Below, in pieces: positions 51,916-64,000 of a stretch of 64,000 nucleotides of DNA. Below the pieces are notes generated by a model that saw only the letters and a list, made by a program, of their open reading frames with translations, was not told the origin of the DNA and did no database searches. The stretch is from Phoronis australis (taxonomy: Eukaryota > Animalia > Phoronida): positions 62,001 to 126,000 of the forward strand of contig NMRA01000484.1 in assembly GCA_002633005.1 (NCBI GenBank). Reading direction: 5' to 3'. Numbering within the stretch: position 1 is the first letter of the stretch; each line of letters starts with the position of its first letter. The translations under genes and the position numbers were made by a program.

Positions 51916-54900
51916 TACATCTGTTAAGTTCCAAGAAATGATTCATGCCCAAATACATATACATTGTGGTTAAGAGAGGAAGAGAGGATGGGTTACAAAG
52001 AAAGACTGAACACACACAGAGTGAAAGTTGCATAATAAATAATAGTTCCTAGTATACATTCTTGAGGTTTAGAAAATCACACAAAACAGGAAACCTGAAT
52101 TAAGCATTGGACGTCAAGTCTGTCATTAAAAACAATAAATGTAATTGATTTTATAATTGATTATAAACATCCCTAAACCATGTTTGACAAAAACAATGCT
52201 AAATGCTCTTGAAAAATAAAAAGGAGTAATTTTTGGCAATTATTTTTGTCCGAAATAGACAAAATTTTACTGTAGCTGCAGTGGCTGCTACCACCTGATT
52301 ATTGGATAATTTCAAATGTTGGAAAAGTACAATTTGCTCTAAAGTCTAATACTTGGACATTTTGGTAAAATTGGATGATCATATATTTGTGTGTGGTTTG
52401 TATTGATATTTATTATGTTTCTTTAAACAGCATGCAGTTAACACTGCCTTTGATATTTTAAAGCAATTGCATTTAATATTTTGCTGTACTGACAGCATTA
52501 AGAAATTTGAAAATTTGTTAAGTATGGTGACTGAATAAAAACAAAAAAATCATGCAGATGCAGTTATATTCTCCAGTGTTTTGGGTCACGTTTAGATATC
52601 TTTGAGCATTTGCTGTTTTTAACAATGTAACTTACCCAAGAGTAGGTCACATTTAGATAAGTTATCTAACATAGGTAACTGCCCTGCTTAGGGTCTGGGA
52701 TTCGAATTTTCTTTGAAATTTAGAAAATACGAAAACAATCCCATATTTTCTAACATTGTTACAATCTTAATGCTAACATTTAAACATTGAAGTTTACTGC
52801 AAATGTTGTGTAAGCACTTTTTCACATATTAAGTTTGTTGTAGTCTTTCCACAATTTTTCATTTAAAGTTTCCTGCATTTTACCACAAAAATCTTTTATC
52901 TACATGTTTCCTGAGAAAACTTTTTCAACCAATAAAGTTTCCTGCATCTTTCCTGCAAAGACTTTTTCATCAATAAAGATTCCTGCAACTTTCCGTAAAC
53001 ACTTTTTCATCAATAAAGTTTCCTGCAACTTTCCCGCAAAAACTATTTCATCAATAAAATTTCCTGCAACTTTCCCGCAAACATTTTTTCATCGATGAAG
53101 TTTGCCGCAGCCTTTCCGCAAACACTTTTTGAATCACCAAGTTTGCCGCAGCTTTCCTGCGAACTTCAGTGTAGGAAGCAAGCTTGCGGCAATGTGTGCG
53201 GCTGAGTTGCGGCAAACTCTGGCAAACATTGCGGCTGGTTTGCTGCAAACAAAATTGTTTGCCGCAAGCTTGCGGCATGTTCGCTGCAAGCTATCTGCAA
53301 ACATGGTCTTTTGGTATGGGCATGTGTTGAATGTTGTGTGTATTTGTTCTCTTGGTATTGCGGCTCAGTTGATTACTTGTACATAAATTTACATAACCTC
53401 GGTAGTAAATTATGTCCTAATAATACACCTGAAACAAGAGAAATAGCATTGTTGACAGGTATTACTGCGATAATAAATATCAGTGCTTCTTCAGCTTGAC
53501 GTATAAGAAGGCATTGCATGTCTTTTGTGGGTTTTTAATATTTTCATTGTTAACGGTTGCAAATATATGTTATTGTCGCGTGTAGTGAATGGAGCGTTAC
53601 AGTCACAAACACTGGCAGTTAGCACGAACGGAAACCGTCTTCTGACATGTGGAAAGCCACAATAAACTGACTCAGAGCTGAAACTTGCTTTTCTTCTGCA
53701 GACGAAACGGGAAGAGCAAATGCAAGAAGGTCAACCGAAAGAAGAAATGTATGGGGCCAAAACAGGTCAGGAGAAAAATGCTTGAAGTTGATAAGTCTTT
53801 AGTTAATAATACTGACTGACTGCATAGACATCTCATAGAAGACATCTTAACTCTAACAAGTACTGAAATTTCCAACTGTATTGTTAACACTTGAGGAAGT
53901 TACAATGGAAGTAACACCGGTATCAGTCAGTGGTTAGTGTTTTGGTGATGACAATGATGGCATAATAACTTTACGACCAGTAAGTCCCTGATAAGGTTGA
54001 ATTACGACATTTTGTTTCAGACGTTTACCCAAAACACCAGCAAGGCGTACGTTGAACAGAATATTTTGTCTGATTTTGAAACGTGGATTTTGAAACGTGG
54101 ATTTAGAAACGTGTGTTCATATACTGGTTAAAACGTTAGTTTTGTCGCAAGCACTTTCGCTAGCAGCAAAAATGCCAAGAAATACGTTCTTGTAGACTTC
54201 AGTTACACCAAAAGTACTGACAGTTTCGCTACCACTTTTATAGCCAAACTGCTTGCTTCAAAGGAAAATCATACGACTTAAGGAGTCAATATACCACCTG
54301 ACCCTCAAAAATTGCAACAAAAGTTTTACTGTGGTTTTATGCTTTACTGGGTATCCTTATTAACGGGAAAACGCCTACCAAAAACTGACCACCGGAAATG
54401 GGTTAAAACTGCATTATTTCCAAGATGGCCACCACGACGTTTCGAAATCACCAAAAATAGATGTAACTTTTTCAATAATTGAGATAGAGACATAAATTTT
54501 GGTTTTAGTCTATGGTCTTAGGCGGTGAGCAACTCACTGGTGTGCTTGAAATTAAGATATGATCAGTATCTGATATGAAATTCAAGATGGCAGCTAAACC
54601 TCTGGAGCAAAAATCACTATTTGTCCATTATATCGGGTGGTCAAAAATAACGTTTCGAATATTTACCTTTATTTTTTTTGAAAAAACATTCATTGAAGTT
54701 GCACACAATTTGCAAAAGTGCATATCAATCCATCGCCATAACACCATAAAAACATAATACTACACTGTGTTTTCGCTCCAGGACAGGAATGATACTTTGT
54801 AACTCAAAAAGTCAATGAAAATTAGATTATTATACTAAGTGTCATCTTCAAGGATGGAGACACTTGACAATCAATTTACTCAGGTGCATATTTTCAAGGG

Positions 54901-55789
54901 TTGTGTCATAAAAATGTCTTGTCAGTTGGATGCTACATTTTGCGAAGTAAAGATGGTGTTTTCAAGTGCTGAGATCGAGTTAATTGTGGATAATTACAAC
55001 ATGTTTTACACAAAGTCCTGATCGCAATCTAATGAACCGCAGCGGAATGTGTATCAAGGTATAGTTTGTATTATGCCCAATAACATAAACCTGCAAAGCT
55101 TCTTTACTTAAAAGGGTTCTATCAAAATCAAAACGACTGAGCAACAGGTGCTAGTAAAGTGTTCATTCGTCGATGTGAAGCATGAACGATAAGGTTACAT
55201 TTTCATCCATGAGTGTTGTGTTCATTACACGAACTGCCTCCGTTCAACCCTCGTCAGTGTTTTCAAGTTCTTCAGAAACTTGATTTAGTGGATTGTCACA
55301 ATATGTCGCCAGGAACAATCCACATGTAGATGTATCATGTAGATGAACATGTAAACCAATTCTATCTGAAACTGCAATGGGGCGTATGGCTACAAGATGG
55401 GGTGCAGTTGCAGTGCATCATCTTCAGGAGTGTCTGGTGCAGCATTCATGACAGTCATGATTGGTACGAATCGATTGTTTCCTAGTCTCCTGTCCCAGTC
55501 TAAAGGATCCAAATCTTTTGCCGTCCCTATCTAAACAGTGACCTAGACAATGACCTCTAGCTGGTAAACGGGTGCTCTCTCCTCCAAACATTGTGATCAT
55601 CGCTTGGCTGCCAAGTTGCTCTACACTGAGGGGCTCACAACTTTCGTGGTGAGTGTGTCTGCTCAGAACTGGAGGACTTGGTCATTTTCACGAGTTTCTG
55701 AGAGACTGATTTCTTTCCGACGCCTTATACACGAGACATTGGGTTGCATCCTTTGAAGCAGTGCAGCAATGGTAGCTACAGCACACATC

Positions 55790-55990
55790 ACGAATTTTTG
55801 TCCGACCGGTCGGAAATTGGTCGACGACCGGTCGAAGGCCGGTCGTCTAGCCGACCCGCAGCCAACCAACAACGGTCGGCTATGAGCCGTCTGCTGAGTC
55901 GCCTCTGTGGTCGGCACTTGGGTCGGCTAAGTGGTCGCCTAGCGCAGACGACCAATTTGGATTAAGCGTGTCCTTGGTCGGCATTTACCA
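55790..55990. repeat. GGTCG/CGACC-rich repeat cluster, probably a DNA transposon subterminal region
   Basis: Many GGTCG and CGACC motifs in both orientations, e.g. TCCGACCGGTCGGA. Confidence 0.5.
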
Positions 55991-56099
55991 TTTTATGAAT
56001 AAGCGGATGAACTTTGACCAAACAAACAATTAACTGTTCGCTGTTCGTTCAGCAGTGGCAACTCCGGCCTTGACATCAGTTTATCAACTTTAGTTCAAC

Positions 56100-57229
56100 T
56101 ATTGAAAGGAGGTAAAATCGAATCAACCTACAAATATGAAGTGCGTGACATTACACCAGCATAAAACTTTATGTTGAATTAATGGCGGCGTGGTAAAATC
56201 ATACGTTAAGTGATATCGCGGAAGCATAATTTCTAACTTAAGATGCGAGACTTTTTATACAGTACATTATGCATAAAACCAAGAACTAAATTTGAAATTT
56301 TACAGTACAATTGCATAAAAATCAGAATACAACACTGGATGTTTTCCAACATCAAGTGTTTTCATATAGCGGAATGCTCAACAAGCAGCACGCATTTGCG
56401 CTCATCCGTTATTGCTCTTGATCATCAAACACTTTACCAAAGATAATTATTGTTTATTTTCTGTATAATTTCTTAATATGTTGGTACAGCAATAGAACCC
56501 AAGTTTTAGGAACAACATAAACAATGGTTTGAACATAGCGCCGATATTAAGATCATGGGCGCATAAAAACGGAAGAATGTGATTGGTCTGTAGTGTCATC
56601 CATCATCATTCTGAATTTGTTGTCACTTTCGCAGTACAAATAGTTTCGAAGCTAGAGCCTTCCTATCTAGCCAGCTAGCTGTATTAAGACTATTTTCAAA
56701 ATACAGCATGGTGCCACTGTGTATTGAGCTCAAACAGACCTCGAAATTTCACACAGCCCGGAAAGTTACGCTGTCACCTCGTAGTGAAGCTTGTATTAAC
56801 ATGAGCCAAAGACCGGCGGGTGTGCATGCAAAATCTAAAAGTCAATTGACATTCAACTTGCCCGTTACGGCCGTTTAAGCGAAAAACATCCGATGTCATC
56901 TTCTTGCATAATTTTCTGCCTTTTGTAACGAAAAAACGTATGTCGTCATTTTGAAAAGAGTTCATTCGTGACACGCGCAAATTCCAAAATGTTTTCGACA
57001 TCTCCCATTAGATGATGACAACATCTCAGCAAAATTTGTTCTAAAATTCGGTTTACTGATATCAAAATTCCAAAAACATATAATGAAGTGAAACCATTTC
57101 TGATCATTTGTTGAGACGTTTACACACTCCCGAGGGAGAACGTTTGATTGAAGAATCTGGGAAAAAGAAACTGGCTAAGAGGTGACGCAGTATTTCATTG
57201 CGTTGAAAGTCGACGCAAAAGATCACCCC
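56100..57229 (-). mobile_element. Uninterrupted copy of the TTAA-ended (Kolobok-like) element
   Basis: Ends GATCACCCC|TTAA; contiguous homology to 19271-20030 plus 34255-34570. Confidence 0.8.
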
Positions 57230-60200
57230 TTAACTTTAGCAGCAGAATAATGGGGCTATTCGGAGAATCTACAATAACTAGAGGGTGCGCGTGTACTAGT
57301 GGTGATAGATTAACAGCCTCGATTTCGCGAGCCCTTTAAATACATGGTGAAATGACTTGCATCCGTCCCAACTGAATCTGAGATTGCGTGAAAAGGGTGC
57401 TTCTATGAGAGGAAGTAAGCACGACCTCATACAAGGTAAAGCTTGCAATTATTTTAACGATTATTCCATAATTATTCTACCGATACCTGTTAACTGAGGT
57501 ACTCGCCGATGTCGACTTCGCGGCAGTCAGTCGCCAGTCTGGTTAATCTTGTTCGTTGTGATATGCGATACGATACATGACGTAGCAATCGGGATCTTTT
57601 CGTACATCAAACCAGTATTATTGTTAGGAATGATTTCTAACAGTTTATCAGTGACAGTTACATCAATCAATGCTGAATGTTTATGCTGTCAACTCGATAC
57701 AGGTTAATGAGTTAAGATTACAATTCAAGCCCAATGGCAAAGGGTACATCAGTGACAAATATAAATTGCATTAGACTATTTGTTTACTCCCTATCATATG
57801 TCTTCTGGAAATCTATTACACGTTGAAATTGAAATCTATCACGTCAGTTTTCACCTAACCTTTGGTTTTTAGGTTTGAGGGCTTTTACCGTGCAGAGGAG
57901 ATATGCATCGCTTCTGCACTGTCCCTGGATGGACAAAAAATGGTTTTTAGCATTTGACTGCAGCTAACCAATAACATCTTCCCATCCAGTGCAGATCTGT
58001 TGTCAAAGCCTACTTTCAATATTAGAGACAACAAACAAAGCCTTTGAAAAGGAAAAGCTATTTTTAAAGAAAAGTAATGTAAGTCATTTTGTTAATTTAC
58101 TTATTCAGGTCCTTAGCGGGGGATTGGCATAGGGGGTTGGGGTTGTAATATTTGGTACCAACTGGATGTGTGGAAATAACAGGTAATACATGTTTGGGGA
58201 AAAGAGCATGGTGAGGTAATTCTTAACCTTCATGAAGTTCCTTCAAGTTGATTTCATGGAACTGTTTTGCTACTTGTATCAATTATAAACCCATGAAAAA
58301 TGAAAATATATTACATTTTCTGAATTCACAGTGACTGAAAAGTCTTAACTCATGCCTTGGAATGTTGCAAGTCGTTATAAATGACTGCAATGTTTGTGAA
58401 AATTGCATTTTTGATGGTGCCTTACGATTTGTACTTACCCTTAAACAACAGAAAGATTATCCATCATTTTTAAATGACCCAAGTCTTCATTTCTTCTATT
58501 AGAAGAAAAATTAAAAGTCTGAGAAACGGTTCCCTCAACCTTACTCAACCTTAGACTAGAAGTATGCTTGACAGACCCATGAACCTGTAATCTGAGTTTA
58601 AAATTGCTGAAAGTATCAAAATTAAAAAGGCTTGAAAATGAGTAACAAAGGTTTGAAGTTGTCTCAAAAACTTATATATTTTGCAGACAAGTGATGTCTT
58701 TAAAGAATTGTTATGGCTAGGAATAAAAAATAAAGACACAGTTTTATGCAATACTTATTATATACACCCTTGGTTTTTGAAAATAGTAATTATTTAATTT
58801 TGTGTGAAACTGTAGAGCAGTCACCATATATTTTTGAAAAACAGGGATAAAATTTTGATCCAAACTGGAGTACTTAATTATTCATATTTCAATATTTGTT
58901 CCAGGTTCAGTGACATTTTAAGGCCACTTCAAGCTGTATCATAGACAAGCTTTGTTACTTCGTTCTCTTCCCACAGCACTTCCACACACCAGAGTGCTGC
59001 ATGGCACAATGTACAAGTCAGTGGCCCTAGAGAAATGTGAATCGCAGTACTAAGTTACCATAAGACAATGTTCCAGTGGACTGTCTGTGTGTTCAGACGA
59101 ACTTTATCTGACAGCTAAACAAATAAGCCTTGTTAGTGAGGATGCCCTTTCATAGGCAATGAGTCATGTGTGGACAATAGCTTATTTCCTTTCTTGGAAG
59201 AAACATGAGGGACTGGTGCTAAAGAAGACCTAGTGACACTCTGGTCTAGTTCAGGGTCTGATTTCGGGCTCAAAACGATTCAAGTGATATGCTGCAGTGT
59301 TTAGCTTCAAGGGTCTAATTGTGGATGTTATTGAGGCTGAATGAGGTTACATGAAAGAAAGACACGTGTTGAAACAGGACCTTTTTTCCAAGCGCTTCTA
59401 TAGGACATTGAAACTAGATCCCAGTGAAATGAAAGCCAAGAGCTGAGTGACATTTAATTTTCCTTTCACGAGAAAGGCTTTATACTATTGGTAAAAACTT
59501 TTCAATTTGGTACACATTATGGGGAAATGACATTCAGTGACTGCATCGATTGTCTTATTGTATGTTTTCAATTGTAGCTAAATGGATAGAAATCTGCTAT
59601 GTACAAGATTCGAGAATAGACAATTATGAATGCATTTAAAAACAAATGGCTAACTGAAAAAGCACTGAAAGAAACAACATTGCGACGGAGTCCATAATCA
59701 GGCATATCAGGTGCTGAATTTCTGTGACCCAAGTATTTGTTAAATTTTCATCTGCTACCACGCGAACACACAGGCACACCAGAAACAAAACGTTTTCATC
59801 TTAATTTCCATGGCAAGCATCTGCTTACCACAATGTTCAATGCTTCATTTGCGTTTTTAATAGCATTATTTGTTGCCATTGACCGTCTCAATAGTCACCG
59901 TAGGTTGCTTCTCCTCGCGCAACTTAAATATATCAGAATAAAAACTTGGACCAATAATACCTTGTGTTTTTTTCAACTGAAGTATTCACACGTTCCTTAA
60001 ATAAAAGGCGTATGAGGTCATGTTGGGCTTGGATTGTTTTTGTCAATTTTTAGAATAATAATATTTTTTAAAGTATAACCTTGGCGTCCGTAAATAGAGA
60101 GCTCTAACACAATCGTTATAATTCTAATATTTTGAGTCTCACTCAGGTAAAAAATGTTGCGATTACAGATATGGACTCAAGGTCATGGTCTCATCTTTGG

Positions 60201-60584
60201 GATCGGAAATCCAACTCATTCGTTGAGTGTGAATGTCAGTATAATTGTTATATATTGTGTGCTTACATCGTCGTAGTAGCTCAAGGATGGAGACAATGCT
60301 TGGCTATTCGGTCATATGTCGATCACTCGGTTTGTCAGTCAGTTACCATTTTTTATTAAAAATGTTGTACAATGGTTTTGAAAAACTTCCAGGAGAAAGG
60401 TATCGCGTTTTCAAGCCACCCTTCTGTCACTTTTAATCTATGCGTTCGCAAGTTGTATGTCAGTACTTCCACGCCCACGAAGTTGACGGGTATTGGAAGT
60501 CAAAGAACTCGACCGCATTTGAAAACGCAAAGCAAATAGCGACCCCTCCTTGGACGTTTGCATCCACGAGTGCTTTATTAGTTT

Positions 60585-60925
60585 TAAAGGAGAATGCCAC
60601 CCGATTTAATTAGTCTTTTTTGCCGTCTTAATCGGTCTAGATCCACATCGCCTCGCATACCTCACCTTGCCAAGAGGTGTCACGTTAACCTGTGGGGAAG
60701 GTGAGAAACTACGCTAGCGACGTCAGTGGTTCATATGCAGAGTGAATGCCGCTCTGTTGCGGTGCATCTTTCCCGCTTGTCCGAACTAAGCAGCTGCGAG
60801 GAAAGCGGGTATATCGTTTTTTACTTTCTCGAGCGTCCGAAATGCTTAGGAAGTGGCTCATGGTAGTGAAGAATGAAATGTACGTTGTAAATAGCAAGTA
60901 TGAGGCCGTGAAACATCTCCGTTTC
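60585..60925 (+). mobile_element. End of a DNA element related to 3625-4040
   Basis: TTAAAGGAGAATGCCACCCGATTTAATT...; homology runs to GTGAAACATCTCCGT. Confidence 0.7.
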
Positions 60926-63498
60926 TGTGGTCTGCAGACGTCGACAGTGCCTGACGAATGCCAGCTTACCAAATAACCGTCCATACGTTCCGTTGTCTGA
61001 GCTTGTTCACGGCGCCTCTAGTATTTCTTCGTCACAGTATTCTTGTTCGAATTGATAGCCTGTAAAATTTAAGTATCCACCATCCGCGAAGTCGGGACTG
61101 ATGAACTCTCGCTCTTCCTAAGTCGGGATTGCAAGTTATTACTGAGCGTTCTGTTTCAACTTAAAATGAACTATTCTCACCCTAACCAATACTTATATAA
61201 ATCTGAAACAAAGTCTATGTCATTAGATGCAATTTGTAATGCCTTTGGAGTGTTCGTGAGTGCAAACGATTTGAGAAGCCTGCACTGAATAAATCACTGC
61301 GTTACTGGCTTTAGGTGCAATAAAACTAATTGACGGAACACCGAGGCCGTGTGAGCTCATGCTAATTTAGTTCTTGCTGGCCAGGTGTTAGGGGAATCTT
61401 TATTCTTACATTTAAATTACTCAAATAATTATTGTCAATGTACAAATTCTGCCCTGACGATGCTGTGTACAAAACAGAACCTCAGCCGGGAATTCGAGGC
61501 CCCGACGAGTAAGTAGATTTGCAGTTTCGTGGTAACTTACAAATATAATTACGTGCACATTACTTTGGCTCTTTAGTATAGCATTTTCTTGACCGGAAGT
61601 TTAGTTTCCACTGAACTTTGGCTGGTTGATGTTCGTGATGTCTGATCAGTTTCCGAGCTACTGTTCCGCCCGGGATAAGGAGTCAACCCGGCCGGCCGCG
61701 ACGGGCCTGATCGGGCTCCGAGCCACTGGCCAGGATAACAAGCGTTTTGTGTTTAGAACTCAAAAAATCACAAGTCTAAACAACACAGATCTAGGTTCTC
61801 ATTTCTGTATCTCACAGAAAATACTTCGAAAGTATCTCAGAACAGACCCCAAACTCCTGCTACGGACCTTATTGGCCTGCCGAACTTTGTAGGCTACGGT
61901 GAGAACAAATACCAATAAATCCGTAAGAGCGAAATAAGAACATGTTTTTATAAGAACTTGGTGTATTTTTAAGGGTTTTACATCGAAGTTTGATGATTTA
62001 TTGGTGTTAAGCAATGACTTAAAGTGTAAATTGCAAGGTCTAAGTATGTTAAATTGTAATAATATTTTCAAGATATTATTAGTTGGATATATCTTCTTCC
62101 AATTATCATGTTATTGTGTCTGAAGTTACGTTAAAAAGCGAAAATTAAAAAAATCCGCGAAAAGTTGACCTTTGACACCGTGACATGGTGTTGGGGAACA
62201 CAAACTAGATCATATCCCACAATGCATTTTACCGCCCATACAAAACAGTGGAAGACGAACAAGGAGCGTTCAATCTTGGCGTGATTTAGACATGATACAT
62301 CGGTGTGTGTGCGCCAACTGTGCTAACACCAGCCAGGTGGAAGTCGTGAGCCCATTTAAACTCTAAAAAGACAAGCATCTGGCTTCGTAATGGCAGGTTT
62401 ACAGGTGGAAGGCGTGACCCTATTTAGGTTTCCCAAAGACAAGCATCTGGCCGCGAAATGGCACGTTTTCATGTGCATTGCTCGTCATTGGAAAATGACT
62501 GTCGGAGTCGGCCATATCTGTCGGAGCCGAAATATGCTCCGACCACATTGAGGACGGCTGCTTCGACGACAAACATATCATGAAGTTTGAAGCTGGTCTT
62601 GTGAAAAGGTAAGTTATCTTCATAATTTATGGCTTAGATCCATGACGCTTTCTCAGTGCTTGAACTATAACGATCTTTTTTCGCGGTCAACAATTGCTGA
62701 GTGTTGCCGGTGGTATTTCTTTGGAATGTTGCCCAGTAGGCTATTTGTTGATTCAACTGTTCTTGGTGTTGTGTGTGTAGCAGCGCTAGTTGAGCACCAT
62801 GTTGACGCAATGCAATTTCATTTGCTGATGGTTCTCAAAGTCAAGTCACACGAAGTCAGTAAGGATCATTTAGGGTATCATATTTTTGAGAATCATTGTC
62901 TTCAGCCAAATTAGAGTGGAGATATACACCTGGTACTATGGGGAGAGCAGCACTTGGGGGGACCATACCTTCAGCCCCCTATGGTGCGCACCGCCCATGC
63001 CGATGGGCGGCCCAGCTCTGAAGTAACTACATACTATAGCCCTGTTGTAGATGTGCTTCCGGTGAACCTTCAGCCCCCTATGGTGCACACCTTGCCGGTT
63101 TTATGGGGGTCGTGGGTTAGATTCCTGAGTCGGGTAATCGCGACTATTACTACAGCCCCCCGCCCCCAGCCCCCTTCGAGGCTATGGTGCGCTTCTGAAT
63201 ATCAGAGACCACTGTATTTGAGCATCAGGAGGTTCTTTGTGGGGTTTTGTCAACCAAGTAATAGATGGTGGTGTGCTGACAAAAGTTTGAACTGTTCTAA
63301 CGATGGTACTTAAGTTGCACCGTTTTGATTATTAAAGTAACCTGCTTCAAAAATAAAACAGGGTTAACTCTGGTTTTGGCCTTTGCTTGAAGGTTATAAA
63401 AGTAGGCGAAAACTTGCACTTAGGTGACGTCGTGTTTAACTTAAATCATTGATTCAAAAAGGTTTTTTACTTTAAATTGCAGTTGTTGTGCTTTTCAG

Positions 63499-63680
63499 AG
63501 TATGTGAACGAAGTAAGGAAGAATACCTTACACTTGTTGCGAAATAAAAGAGAAGCCAGTGACCTCGAAATTTGTTTGGAAATTGTTGCCCCTCCAATGC
63601 TGAGTGCTGGTGCTCCAGATGTGTCCAAGGAGGAGGCCGTGGCATGGATGAGGAGCCGATATCCAGACAAATTCAATTAG
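63499..63680 (+). CDS. Probable terminal coding exon (phase 1), possibly of the TIR gene
   Basis: Acceptor ttgtgcttttcAG; open protein-like frame EYVNEVRKNTLHLLRNKREASDLEICLEIVAPPMLSAGAPDVSKEEAVAWMRSRYPDKFN*; higher GC than the flanks. Confidence 0.5.
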
Positions 63681-64000
63681 ACTGCTTGTTATGTCAATGG
63701 ACAGTACTGATATTTCTTTCCATCACATACATGACAATGAATGATATTGGGGCACGAAAAGACTGACGACCCACACAGGTACCTTTTCGCCCCCTTACCG
63801 ATGCATTATATGGGACGGCAACAGTTTACTGCTAATCAAATAAACCTAAAAGCTATGCCACAATATTTATAGTCATTATATTGAAGTAACATTGAAATGT
63901 TTCAATGTTAGAACATAGTATGTCGCAGGGTTTATACAAAGCGGACAGCCATATGGCACGCTCAAAAGTGTTTCACGATTTCCAGTACTGGTACTATAAA

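Larger units (their letters stand above)
48354..53320. mobile_element. CMC/EnSpm-like non-autonomous element
   Basis: Termini CCCATACCAAAA...TTTTGGTATGGG, subterminal TTGCCGCAA repeats at both ends, ~36-bp tandem subrepeat at ~52860-53160; flanks TA/CA. Confidence 0.75.

Noticed and set aside
63095-63135. tRNA B-box-like GGTTAGATTCC
   Set aside because: No convincing A box or cloverleaf; at most a SINE remnant.
34631-63680. TIR-STING fusion
   Set aside because: No STING motifs (GLAWSYY..GYL, RAG..R.Y, EYATP) were found in any downstream frame I read.
63620-63680. VSKEEAVAWMRSRY resembling the RPL11 C-terminus
   Set aside because: Short match only; upstream residues do not fit uL5.

Overview
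AT-rich eukaryotic draft-assembly window, most likely from a marine invertebrate; this is inferred from the transposon repertoire, not determined. It has three N gaps (567-1252, 8109-8680, 51612-51786) and is mostly nested, decayed mobile elements: Academ-like DNA transposon remnants, a near full-length L1/Tx1 LINE interrupted by a DNA transposon, an Ingi-like RT/RNase H LINE fragment, CR1/L2-group fragments, MULE-type MITEs with 9-bp TSDs, and a CMC/EnSpm-like element holding a BEL/Pao fragment. A 14.2-kb head-to-tail array of Helentron-like units (20031-34241) splits a TTAA-ended element; an uninterrupted, inverted copy of that element lies at 56100-57229. The only convincing host gene is on the + strand: a first coding exon (34631-35105) encoding a TICAM/TRAM-like TIR domain, with phase-compatible candidate downstream exons at 38534, 43947 and 63499. 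All calls are by eye; no searches were run.
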